A stretch of DNA of 64,000 bases from an uncultured bacterium (GTDB taxonomy: Bacteria; Hydrothermota; Tepidihabitantia; Tepidihabitantales; DTDR01), in contig CALHQW010000004.1 in assembly GCA_938040315.1 (NCBI GenBank), positions 32,700-96,699 of the forward strand. Reading direction: 5' to 3'. Both the position numbers and the translations under genes were made by a program. The notes under the pieces were generated by a model. It was not told where the DNA came from, did no database searches, and worked only from the letters and a program-made list of their open reading frames with translations. Below, piece by piece: positions 49,231 through 57,874 of the stretch (positions within the stretch are counted from its first letter, which is position 1; every line of letters begins with the position of its first letter).

Positions 49231-50681
49231 AAAAGAACAATTAGAGTAGAAAGATAGATAAACCAATCACCGAACTGACGATATATAGTATTTTTTAAAG
49301 GCATTTTTGCATAACCGAAAATTATTTCTTCTTTAAATAAATCTGACTTCTGATAAACCCGCCCAAAAGGGTCACAAAATAGACTAATTCCATTATTGGC
49401 ACATCTTACCAAAGGCACTCCATTTTCAACTGCCCGAGCAATTGCCAATTCATAATGTTGATAAGGACCAAAAGTCTTTCCAAACCAGCCGTCATTTGTA
49501 ATATTGACAATCATTTTTGCACCTCTTTTTACAAACTCTCTTATTAAATCAGGAAAAATTGATTCAAAGCAAATTGCACAACTAAAAGAAATTTTATCTG
49601 TTTGAAAAACTGTGTAATTCTTTCCCTTGGAGTAATTTCCCATATCTTCCGTTTCAATTAATTTAAAAATTTTTATTTTCTCACGATAAGGAATTCTTTC
49701 AGAAAAAGGAACGAGCCGCATTTTTCGATACTCACTAATTATTCCTCTTTGGGGAGCAAATAACACTGCTCCATTATAATACCTAAACCCCTTTTCGTCC
49801 TTTTCATAACGAGGAGTACCGATAAAAAGATAGCAATTATAAGTATCGGCAATACTTTTTAAAAATTCTTTATAAGGAGAATCAATAGTAATATCAATCA
49901 AAGAAGCAGTTTCTGGATAAATTATTAAATAAGGTTTTTCTTTCACAGCCTTTTTAGTCATAAATACTAATTGAGTTAATAACTTAATTTGCTCTTCTTT
50001 TGTGCCTTTTTCTTGAGGTGAAACGTTTGGTTGCAAAAGAGCTATTTTAAAGTAATCAGGCAATATTTTGAGACGCGAAAAATAATAAAAAGTGGATAAA
50101 CCGACAACCAGAATTATTAACCAAAAAAAGAGTTTCCTATTATTAATAAATATTACTTTGTAAATCATAAAATTAATAAAAATCACCAAAGCCGAAACTC
50201 CGTAAATCCCCCAAAAAGAAGCAGTATTTAAAAAAATCAAATTATTTGTTTGAGTATAACCAATTAAACCCCAAGGAAACCCGATTTCAGATTTTGTTCT
50301 AATAAACTCTAAAATTGGTAAAATAAGAGGAGCAAAATAAAGAGAAGTTATTTTTGTTAAATAAGAAAATAAAGCAAAATATAAAGCCAGATAAAAAAAA
50401 AGAACTATAATTCCGATAAATAATAAAATTTTTGTTAAAGAAGTAATTTGTGGTCTCAAAAAATAAAGCCACCAAAGATGAGCAATAGAAAATAAAAAAC
50501 CATAGATAAAACCATAAATAAAAGTTTTTTTGGGAGATAATTTTTCAATATAATAAAATAAAGGTATAAAAGAAAAATAAGCGACAAAAAATAAGCTTAT
50601 GGGTGCATATCCCAAATTAAGAATTAAAGGAGATAAAAAAAAGACTAACTTATTGAAGAATTTTGACTCTTTTCCCTTCAA
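49179..50681 (-). CDS. lnt: apolipoprotein N-acyltransferase
   Basis: N-terminal multi-TM domain plus CN-hydrolase domain with E/K/C triad (Cys in FSCAICFES). C-terminal TM helix. Confidence 0.8.
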   Translation of the reverse strand: MKGKESKFFNKLVFFLSPLILNLGYAPISLFFVAYFSFIPLFYYIEKLSPKKTFIYGFIYGFLFSIAHLWWLYFLRPQITSLTKILLFIGIIVLFFYLALYFALFSYLTKITSLYFAPLILPILEFIRTKSEIGFPWGLIGYTQTNNLIFLNTASFWGIYGVSALVIFINFMIYKVIFINNRKLFFWLIILVVGLSTFYYFSRLKILPDYFKIALLQPNVSPQEKGTKEEQIKLLTQLVFMTKKAVKEKPYLIIYPETASLIDITIDSPYKEFLKSIADTYNCYLFIGTPRYEKDEKGFRYYNGAVLFAPQRGIISEYRKMRLVPFSERIPYREKIKIFKLIETEDMGNYSKGKNYTVFQTDKISFSCAICFESIFPDLIREFVKRGAKMIVNITNDGWFGKTFGPYQHYELAIARAVENGVPLVRCANNGISLFCDPFGRVYQKSDLFKEEIIFGYAKMPLKNTIYRQFGDWFIYLSTLIVLFYFIIKILYPLFSFKKK

Positions 50682-51261
50682 TTTTTAATCTACCTTCAGC
50701 AAAGAGTCTAATTGCCATTGGATAGGCAATATGTTCTTCTTTCAAAACTTTTTTTGCTAATGTTTCCGGGGTATCTTCATCTTCTACCGGAACTATTCTT
50801 TGGATAATAATTGGTCCACCATCAACATCCTCAGTAACAAAATGAACGGTACAGCCGGAAAATTTTGCTCCACTTTCTATTACTGCCTGATGAACTTTTT
50901 CACCGTATAAGCCTTTAAATGCTGGTAATAAGGCTGGATGAATATTCATAATTCGGTTTTGATAATATTTTATAAAATAAGGAGTTAAAATTCTCATAAA
51001 TCCAGCTAAACAAATTAAATCTGGTTTAAATTCTTCTAATTTTTTAATTATCTCTTTTTCAAATTCTACTCGGTTTTTATTTTTGTGTGAGATTACAAAA
51101 TTAGGGATATTATACCTTTGAGCCCTTTCTAAAGCATAAACTTTTTCCACATTACTAATTACACAAACAACTTTGCCTGGAATAAAACCGTTCTCACAAG
51201 CATCAATAATCGCCTGTAAGTTTGTTCCCCGACCAGAAACTAAAACAGCAATTCTAATCAT
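50650..51261 (-). CDS. purN: phosphoribosylglycinamide formyltransferase
   Basis: IAVLVSGRGTNL N-terminus, formyltransferase HPSLLP-type motif (NIHPALLPAFKG), catalytic Asp region. Confidence 0.85.
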   Translation of the reverse strand: MIRIAVLVSGRGTNLQAIIDACENGFIPGKVVCVISNVEKVYALERAQRYNIPNFVISHKNKNRVEFEKEIIKKLEEFKPDLICLAGFMRILTPYFIKYYQNRIMNIHPALLPAFKGLYGEKVHQAVIESGAKFSGCTVHFVTEDVDGGPIIIQRIVPVEDEDTPETLAKKVLKEEHIAYPMAIRLFAEGRLKIEGKRVKILQ

Positions 51262-51265
51262 TAAA

Positions 51266-51895
51266 CTAAATTTTTTTAATTTCTTCTATTAACTTTTTAA
51301 CATCTAAAAAATTAATTAAACCAGTTTCAATTCTTAAAGAATGATTAACAACACTAATACCAACGTTAGCACTAATTATTTCAATACTTTTAATATTTTT
51401 TTCTTTTAATAAAAAAATTATCTCGGAGTTCAAAAGTTCGTAAAGATTTTTGTATCCTTTAGAATTTAACTTTGTTAGAGCACCTCGAATAAGAATATTT
51501 AACTTTTTCGCTAAATTGGGAATAGCATCACGGTAATAATTTACTATTGCTAACTTATTCGTTGGTTCTGAAATAAAATAAGCAATTTTCTTTTCTTCAT
51601 CAACAATTAAATTAATATCTTGATTAAGAAAAGACATTCGGAAATTGTGTCGTAAAGGAATTTTATTCACTAAAGCGTTGGAACAAAAGGGGCCAACAAT
51701 TTCTTCTTTTTGTAAAATTTTCTGAGCTTGTTTATCAGCACGCACTTCATTAATTCCATAATTTTTAAACGCTTGACAAAGACCGACAATTTCATGAAAA
51801 ATAGGAATATTTTTTAAAATTGCTCCGCAACCAATTTTTTCGTTTAAATATTGAGAAGAAATAATTAAAAATTTTTCTTCTTCTCTTTTAATCAT
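51266..51895 (-). CDS. hypothetical protein
   Basis: 209-aa soluble ORF with no recognisable motifs. Coupled (8-bp overlap) to the upstream GNAT gene. Confidence 0.3.
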   Translation of the reverse strand: MIKREEEKFLIISSQYLNEKIGCGAILKNIPIFHEIVGLCQAFKNYGINEVRADKQAQKILQKEEIVGPFCSNALVNKIPLRHNFRMSFLNQDINLIVDEEKKIAYFISEPTNKLAIVNYYRDAIPNLAKKLNILIRGALTKLNSKGYKNLYELLNSEIIFLLKEKNIKSIEIISANVGISVVNHSLRIETGLINFLDVKKLIEEIKKI

Positions 51896-52514
51896 TTTTC
51901 ATTTCTAAAAAATTATAAAATTTTTCTTTATTCTCCTCTTTTAAATAATAATTCACATTGCCCAGAATTAATTTATTCTCTAAAACCCATTCAATTAAAT
52001 TTTTATGAGAAATAAAACGGTAATAAAACTTTTCAGGCTGAGGTTTTTGAAATAAATTATCAATAACCATCGCCGTTAAAATATAAGGAGCACTATTGAG
52101 AGTAATCTGATAACCTGCAGGATAAATATCTTTTTCCGGAATTATTTCAATATTCTTAATGTTTCCTTCAGAAAAAAGTTGATAAGGATCAATTTGAGGT
52201 AAAAAACCAATTTTATAAGCCAAAATTCCTATTCCAGCATTTTCTAAAAGATTATCTTTCTGCCCTCCTTTCATTACCATTCTAATTAAAAAGTTCTTTA
52301 CTTTAAATTTTTTTATTAACTCTTTAAAAACCTCTTTAACCAAAATCTTTCCAAAACCTTTTCTTTGATATTCTTTGAAAACATACACATCGTAAAGAAT
52401 TCCTTTATTGCCTTCCACTTCGCCAAAACTCTCACCAATTAATTTTTCATTCAAAAATAAAGAAATTTTTACGCCTTTTTTAAGTTCCAAAATTTTTAAT
52501 TCATAATTATTCAT
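51888..52514 (-). CDS. GNAT-family N-acetyltransferase, two-domain
   Basis: Acetyl-CoA-binding motif A (QRKGFGKILV). 4-bp overlap with the upstream TPR gene. Confidence 0.55.
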   Translation of the reverse strand: MNNYELKILELKKGVKISLFLNEKLIGESFGEVEGNKGILYDVYVFKEYQRKGFGKILVKEVFKELIKKFKVKNFLIRMVMKGGQKDNLLENAGIGILAYKIGFLPQIDPYQLFSEGNIKNIEIIPEKDIYPAGYQITLNSAPYILTAMVIDNLFQKPQPEKFYYRFISHKNLIEWVLENKLILGNVNYYLKEENKEKFYNFLEMKND

Positions 52515-54013
52515 TTCCCTAAATTAGGGTTTAATCTTATTGCTTTTTCTAAACATTCTGCTGCTTCTTCTTTTTTTCCTAAATCCCGATACAAAAGTCC
52601 TAAATTGTATAAACCAATATAATTATTAGGCTGCAGACTTATCAATTTTTTATAATATTGAATTGCTTTTTCTTTTTTGTTCCATTCAGTATAAAGTCTT
52701 CCTAATTGAAAATAAAGTAAAGGGTTTTTTTTATTTAATTTTAACGCGCTAAGGTAATTTTTTTCTGCTAAAGGAAAATTTTTTTTCTGGAGGTAAGCAT
52801 TTCCTAAGTTAAAATAGGCTTCAAAATAATTTGGTTTTAACTCTAATGCCTTTTGAAAATTTTCAATTGCTTCAGATATTTTATTAAGATTCAAATAAAT
52901 ATATCCTTGATTACAATATACCTGTGGTAAAACATTTTCTTTCTCTTCTTTAAGAAGATCAAAATTTAAAATTTTTTCATATATTTTTAAAGCCTCTTCA
53001 TATTCTTGTTTTTTTGCCAAAATATTTCCTAGCAAAAGATAATTTTCATAAGAATCAGAGTCAATTTCACATAAAATTTTAGCTATTTTTTTAGCATTTA
53101 CCAAATCTTCCTTTGAAAAATAAAGTGAGGAAAGATTTCTTAAAGTTAGAAGATATTCGTTTTTTAATGACTTTTTACCTTCTAAAATTTTTCTTAAAAA
53201 TTCTAAATTTCTAATTGCCAAATTATAATCATTTATTTTACCGGAATAAAAATTAACATAATAACTAAAAAATTGTAAAAAAGAAATCGTTAATCCAAAA
53301 TCTATTGGAACATAAGAAAGGGGTGAAGAATAAGAGATCTCCCAATAGAGTAATCTATTATTTACTTTTATTGCTAAAAGAAAATCCTTTTCCCTTTTGA
53401 TAAAATTTATTAAATAATTAAACCTTTTTAAAATATAGGCTTCAATAATTAGAAGATATAAAAAAGGTATTTTTCTTTTCATTTGGTAATAGAACATCGC
53501 CTCTTTAAAATTTATAAAATTTTCTGTTATTTGAGGCCGTAATTCTAATAAAGTATCTCTTAATGCCATAAGAGAGTTTAATCGATAATTTTTTTCTTTA
53601 TTAATTTTACCAAAATTTTTTTCAAATTTTTCTTTAACCCCAAAATAAATCTTACTGATTTCTAAACTGATCTCTAAAGCATCATTAAGATTTAGAGAAG
53701 ATATAATTATTAAAGGATAAATAAAACCAGAAGCCTCTCCAATTATTTTTTCGATTGCAATAATTTTTTCTTCACAAAATTCTGGTTCTTTTAAAAATTC
53801 TTCGTAAGAAAAAGAGGAAAACCTAAAAATTTCTTCCATTTTTTCTTTCTCATCTTCTGAAAAAAATTTCTCTCCTATGGTTATTTTTTTTAATTCTTCT
53901 TTTTCTTTTTCATTCAATAGAATTAATCCCTCTTTTTCTTTATTAAGTAAACTAACGGCCTCTTTTCTTCTTTTTTCTATCTCTTTTTTTAAAAATAAAA
54001 TATAATTTTCCAT
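52511..54013 (-). CDS. tetratricopeptide-repeat protein
   Basis: C-terminal half contains about 6 canonical TPR units (AxxxYxxALxLxPN…). Confidence 0.75.
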   Translation of the reverse strand: MENYILFLKKEIEKRRKEAVSLLNKEKEGLILLNEKEKEELKKITIGEKFFSEDEKEKMEEIFRFSSFSYEEFLKEPEFCEEKIIAIEKIIGEASGFIYPLIIISSLNLNDALEISLEISKIYFGVKEKFEKNFGKINKEKNYRLNSLMALRDTLLELRPQITENFINFKEAMFYYQMKRKIPFLYLLIIEAYILKRFNYLINFIKREKDFLLAIKVNNRLLYWEISYSSPLSYVPIDFGLTISFLQFFSYYVNFYSGKINDYNLAIRNLEFLRKILEGKKSLKNEYLLTLRNLSSLYFSKEDLVNAKKIAKILCEIDSDSYENYLLLGNILAKKQEYEEALKIYEKILNFDLLKEEKENVLPQVYCNQGYIYLNLNKISEAIENFQKALELKPNYFEAYFNLGNAYLQKKNFPLAEKNYLSALKLNKKNPLLYFQLGRLYTEWNKKEKAIQYYKKLISLQPNNYIGLYNLGLLYRDLGKKEEAAECLEKAIRLNPNLGK

Positions 54014-54115
54014 AAGTTATTAATTATAAATTAAATCTTCAAAAAATCAAATTATTTTTAAAATCTAATAAATCTTGAAAAATTGAAATTATTAAGTAAA
54101 ATATATTGAAAACAT

Positions 54116-54189
54116 GCGCCCGTAGCTCAATTGGAAAGAGCGACGGACTACGAATCCGTAGGCTGGAGGTTCGAGTCCTCTCGGGCGCA
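54116..54189 (+). tRNA. tRNA-Arg (anticodon ACG, the A34-to-inosine substrate of TadA)
   Basis: GCGCCCG acceptor, anticodon loop CTACGAA, T-loop GGTTCGAGTCC. Confidence 0.85.
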
Positions 54190-54197
54190 AAAATTTT

Positions 54198-54647
54198 ATG
54201 AAATTTAAAGATATTTCTTTTATGGAAGAAGCAATTAAAGAAGCCGAAGTTGCTTTAAAAGAAAATGAAGTGCCGGTGGGAGCAGTAATAGTATATAAAA
54301 ACAAAATAATTGGGAGAGGATATAATCAAATGGAAAAATTGAAAGATCCAACTGCTCATGCTGAAATGATAGCAATTTCTTCGGCTTGTAATTATTTAAA
54401 AAACTGGCGATTAGAAGAGACAACAATCTATATTACCTGTGAACCCTGTTTAATGTGTATGGGAGCGATTTTATTATCACGAATAAAAAGAATTGTTTAC
54501 GGGACCAAAGAAGAGAATTTTGGTTTTTTCTCTAATTATCCTAATTTTTATAAAGCTATTAAAGAAAAAATTGAAATAATCAATGGAGTAAAAGAAGAAA
54601 AGACAAGAGAGTTGTTGAAAAAATTTTTTGAAGAAAAAAGAAAATGA
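54198..54647 (+). CDS. tadA: tRNA-specific adenosine deaminase
   Basis: CMP/dCMP deaminase zinc motifs HAEMIAI and CEPCLMC. 149 aa. Starts 9 nt after tRNA-Arg(ACG). Confidence 0.9.
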   Translation: MKFKDISFMEEAIKEAEVALKENEVPVGAVIVYKNKIIGRGYNQMEKLKDPTAHAEMIAISSACNYLKNWRLEETTIYITCEPCLMCMGAILLSRIKRIVYGTKEENFGFFSNYPNFYKAIKEKIEIINGVKEEKTRELLKKFFEEKRK

Positions 54648-54656
54648 TAAAAAATT

Positions 54657-54745
54657 GGAGAGGTGGCCGAGTGGACGAAGGCACGCGACTCGAAATCGCG
54701 AACCCACAAAAAAGTGGGTCGGGGGTTCGAATCCCTCCCTCTCCG
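54657..54745 (+). tRNA. tRNA-Ser (anticodon CGA), long variable arm
   Basis: GGAGAGG acceptor, D-loop GCCGAGTGG, anticodon loop CTCGAAA, long extra arm, T-loop GGTTCGAATCC. Confidence 0.85.
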
Positions 54746-54883
54746 TTTTTTATATTTATAATTTTTAATTTTCTTTTTAGTGAATCCTATGTCATAAAAA
54801 AGAAGGAAATTTTAAAAGAACCAAAATTCTATCAACAAGTAATCAGAAAATTTTCTAAATATAAATCCCGAAGAAATAAAAAT

Positions 54884-57874
54884 GTGTACTCCTTGTCTAA
54901 AAAAGTTATTTCTGGCAAAAGAAATATTGATACAATTAAAGTACTAGCACTCCGAGTAGAATTTTTAGAAGATGATGATACTTTAACAACCGGCAACGGG
55001 AAAATGGATTTAATGGGGTTTTTGAGCGAAGAAGATGGCCTTTATTACGATCCGCCTCATACCAAAAAATATTTTGAAAATCTTCTATTAGGATTAAGAA
55101 ATTATTTTTGGTATAATTCTTTGGGAAAATTACATATTGAATTTAAAGTAATGCCAGAAGGAGTATTAGAGGCTTATCAATTACCTCATCCTATAAAATA
55201 TTATGGCGATACTATGTGGAAATGGCCTAATTATGATTTTCGGGGAGTGGAAATGGGATTGTGTCGGTTAATGGAAGATGTTTTTACTATTGCTGATCAA
55301 GATACAAATATTAATTTTAGTGACTATGATTATTTTATAATTTTCCACGCTGGTTCATGTGCCCAAACTGATATAAAAGAAAATTCGCCTTTTGATTTAT
55401 GGGCGGCAACAATTAATGGTGAGGCATTAGAATATTATTTAGGAAAATCTTACATTGAAGTAGATAATGGGAAGAAAAAAATTGATATTTGTTGTATTTT
55501 ACCAGAAATGACCCGACAAGATACTTTGTATAACGGAATAATAAATTATGGTGGTATGATGGGAATGCTGGGACTTCTTGCTCATGAATTTGTGCATCTT
55601 CTCGGTGGGTATGATTTATATGATGTGAGTGGTTATTCTATGGGAGTTGGTGGTTGGAGTTTAATGGGATATGGAGGTTGGCTTGGTAGTTATGATTGCC
55701 CGCCAGGAATTATTCCTTCTTATCTTGATCCATTCCACAAAATTTTATTTGGTTTTATAGAGCCCAAGATTATTAATTTATCAACAGAGAGTTTATCGTG
55801 TTTTACAATGTGTATGGATTCTCTTTTGTTTTCCCAAAAAGAATCTTTGCCTTTTATTTACAAAATTCCAATTTCTGAAGAAGAATATTTTCTTATTGAA
55901 AATCGCCAAACTGACGTTCGTAAAAAAGATACAATTGTTGTTAAAAGAGACCATGGTATTGTTATCGGTGTTGAAGATGGTGAATATGATTTCTTTCTAC
56001 CGGGCAGCGGGATATTAATTTGGCATATTGATGAAAAAATTATTAGAGAATACGGTCCTTATAATGCAATAAATATAAATCCTGCTCATAAAGGTGTTGA
56101 TCTGATAGAAGCAGATGGAATTCAAGATTTCGATAAATTTATTTATAGGGATTATTATGAAATAGTTGGTTCTAAATATGACCCATTTTTTAAAGGTGGT
56201 TTTTTAGATAGTTTAACAGAAAATACAGAGCCTAATAGTGATAGTTATTATGGAAAAACTTATTACCGTTTTTATATCCATTCTGAACCCGATACTATTA
56301 TGTATTTCTCTTTTCAAAACAAATTATTAATAAAAGAATTGACAAAAAAATTTTCTGAACCTTTATTGTCTCCTATAGCAATAGATTTAAATTGTGATGG
56401 AAAAAAAGAAGTAATTATCCCTTGTTCAACGGGTGTAATCTATGCATACGAACCTGATGGTACTCCTTATTTGGGTTATGAAATTCTTTGCCAATTACCT
56501 TCAGAAATAACCATAGATTTATCGGTGAGTGACATTACCGGTGATAGTTTATTAGAAATTATAATTGCCTCTTATGATCGTATTGTTGTTTTGGATGCTT
56601 ATGGAAATTTTCTTTTTGATTTATTTTTAAATGGCGAAATAAAAAGTGAAGCATTACTTTATGATATTGATAACGATAATAAAAAAGAGATTATTTTGGG
56701 AACCGAGAAAGGTTATCTATATGTAATTAATAGGGATGGAAGAATAAAAGAAAATTTTCCTATAAAACTTATGGGGAAAATAAAATTAACACCGGCAATT
56801 TGTGACTCTCAAATTGTTGTTCTTACAGATGATAATCGATTATATTTAATATCTTTTGATGGGAATATAAAAACGGGCTTTCCGATTTCTCTTTCCAATT
56901 CTCCTTTCTCCTCTCCTTCATCTCCAATTGTTTTTGATTTTGATAGCGACGGAAATAAAGAAGTTCTTTTATTAATTCCCATTAATTTAAATTATAAATT
57001 ATTTATTATCACAGGGGAAGGAAATATAAAATATTCTTCAAAAGAAATTATGGAATATCCCTCTTTCTCCTCTTTAGCAATTGGCGATATAAATGATGAT
57101 GGAAATTATGATATCATTGTTTTTAGTAAAAATAAAATATTTGCCTTCAATTATAATCTTACTTTGATAAACAATTTTCCCATTGTTTTTGATTCTACCT
57201 ATCTAAAAGAAATCATTTTAGATGGTTATCTTTTTTATGAAAAAATACCTTTCTATTTCTATACTTCCCCAATTCTTAGTGATTTTGATGGTGATGAAAT
57301 ATGTGACATTTTTATTGGACTTCCTAACTTTGGTTTTTCTATAAATAATCGGCAGAAATTATTTACTAGCGGAGGAATAAAAACCGTTCCCTTTGTTACT
57401 GATTTAGATAATGATTCTTTTGTTGAATTGATTTTAACCACTAATAATAATCATTTATATGTTTATAAAACTTTTGGCAAAGAAAATGATATATTTTGGC
57501 AAACAAAATTAGCAACTACTGAAAGAGATGGCAGAGTTTTAAAGAAATTAGAAAAAAAAGTTTCTACTCCTAATAAATCAATTATTAATGATATTTATAT
57601 CTATCCTAATCCCATTACTATTAACGATGAAAGGGGTTATTTAAGATTTCGTCCAACTGTTGAAATAAAAGAAGCAAAAATTGAAATTTATGATTTTTCT
57701 TTCAAAAAGGTATGGGAAAATAAGATAAATAATTTAAAAATTACAAATCTTGAAGAAGAAGTTGAAATTGATATAAAAAAGTTTAAGACAGGCGTATATC
57801 TTTTGAAATTGGAAGTAAATTCTCAAAATAATAAAAAAGAAATAAAGTATTATAAATTTAGTGTTGTAAAATGA
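54884..57874 (+). CDS. M6-like (HExxHxxGxxD) zinc metalloprotease fused to FG-GAP beta-propeller repeats and a T9SS C-terminal domain
   Basis: HEFVHLLGGYD zinc motif. Six or more FG-GAP-like units (LNCDGKKEVII, YDIDNDNKKEIIL, DFDSDGNKEVLL, GDINDDGNYDIIV, SDFDGDEICDIFI, TDLDNDSFVELIL). C-terminal KTGVYLLKLEV… is a CTD. The start is uncertain: the ORF-track start at 54644 lies inside tRNA-Ser, and the first plausible in-frame starts are GTG 54884 or TTG 54893. No clear signal peptide is found. Confidence 0.7.
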   Translation: MYSLSKKVISGKRNIDTIKVLALRVEFLEDDDTLTTGNGKMDLMGFLSEEDGLYYDPPHTKKYFENLLLGLRNYFWYNSLGKLHIEFKVMPEGVLEAYQLPHPIKYYGDTMWKWPNYDFRGVEMGLCRLMEDVFTIADQDTNINFSDYDYFIIFHAGSCAQTDIKENSPFDLWAATINGEALEYYLGKSYIEVDNGKKKIDICCILPEMTRQDTLYNGIINYGGMMGMLGLLAHEFVHLLGGYDLYDVSGYSMGVGGWSLMGYGGWLGSYDCPPGIIPSYLDPFHKILFGFIEPKIINLSTESLSCFTMCMDSLLFSQKESLPFIYKIPISEEEYFLIENRQTDVRKKDTIVVKRDHGIVIGVEDGEYDFFLPGSGILIWHIDEKIIREYGPYNAININPAHKGVDLIEADGIQDFDKFIYRDYYEIVGSKYDPFFKGGFLDSLTENTEPNSDSYYGKTYYRFYIHSEPDTIMYFSFQNKLLIKELTKKFSEPLLSPIAIDLNCDGKKEVIIPCSTGVIYAYEPDGTPYLGYEILCQLPSEITIDLSVSDITGDSLLEIIIASYDRIVVLDAYGNFLFDLFLNGEIKSEALLYDIDNDNKKEIILGTEKGYLYVINRDGRIKENFPIKLMGKIKLTPAICDSQIVVLTDDNRLYLISFDGNIKTGFPISLSNSPFSSPSSPIVFDFDSDGNKEVLLLIPINLNYKLFIITGEGNIKYSSKEIMEYPSFSSLAIGDINDDGNYDIIVFSKNKIFAFNYNLTLINNFPIVFDSTYLKEIILDGYLFYEKIPFYFYTSPILSDFDGDEICDIFIGLPNFGFSINNRQKLFTSGGIKTVPFVTDLDNDSFVELILTTNNNHLYVYKTFGKENDIFWQTKLATTERDGRVLKKLEKKVSTPNKSIINDIYIYPNPITINDERGYLRFRPTVEIKEAKIEIYDFSFKKVWENKINNLKITNLEEEVEIDIKKFKTGVYLLKLEVNSQNNKKEIKYYKFSVVK

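Noticed and set aside
54092-54304. 70-aa minus-strand ORF overlapping tRNA-Arg(ACG) and the tadA start
   Set aside because: It overlaps a tRNA gene and lies antisense to tadA, with no supporting features.
54644-54883. N-terminal 80 codons of the 1076-aa ORF as given in the ORF track
   Set aside because: This part reads through tRNA-Ser (54657-54745) and cannot be coding, so the CDS was trimmed to the first plausible start downstream.
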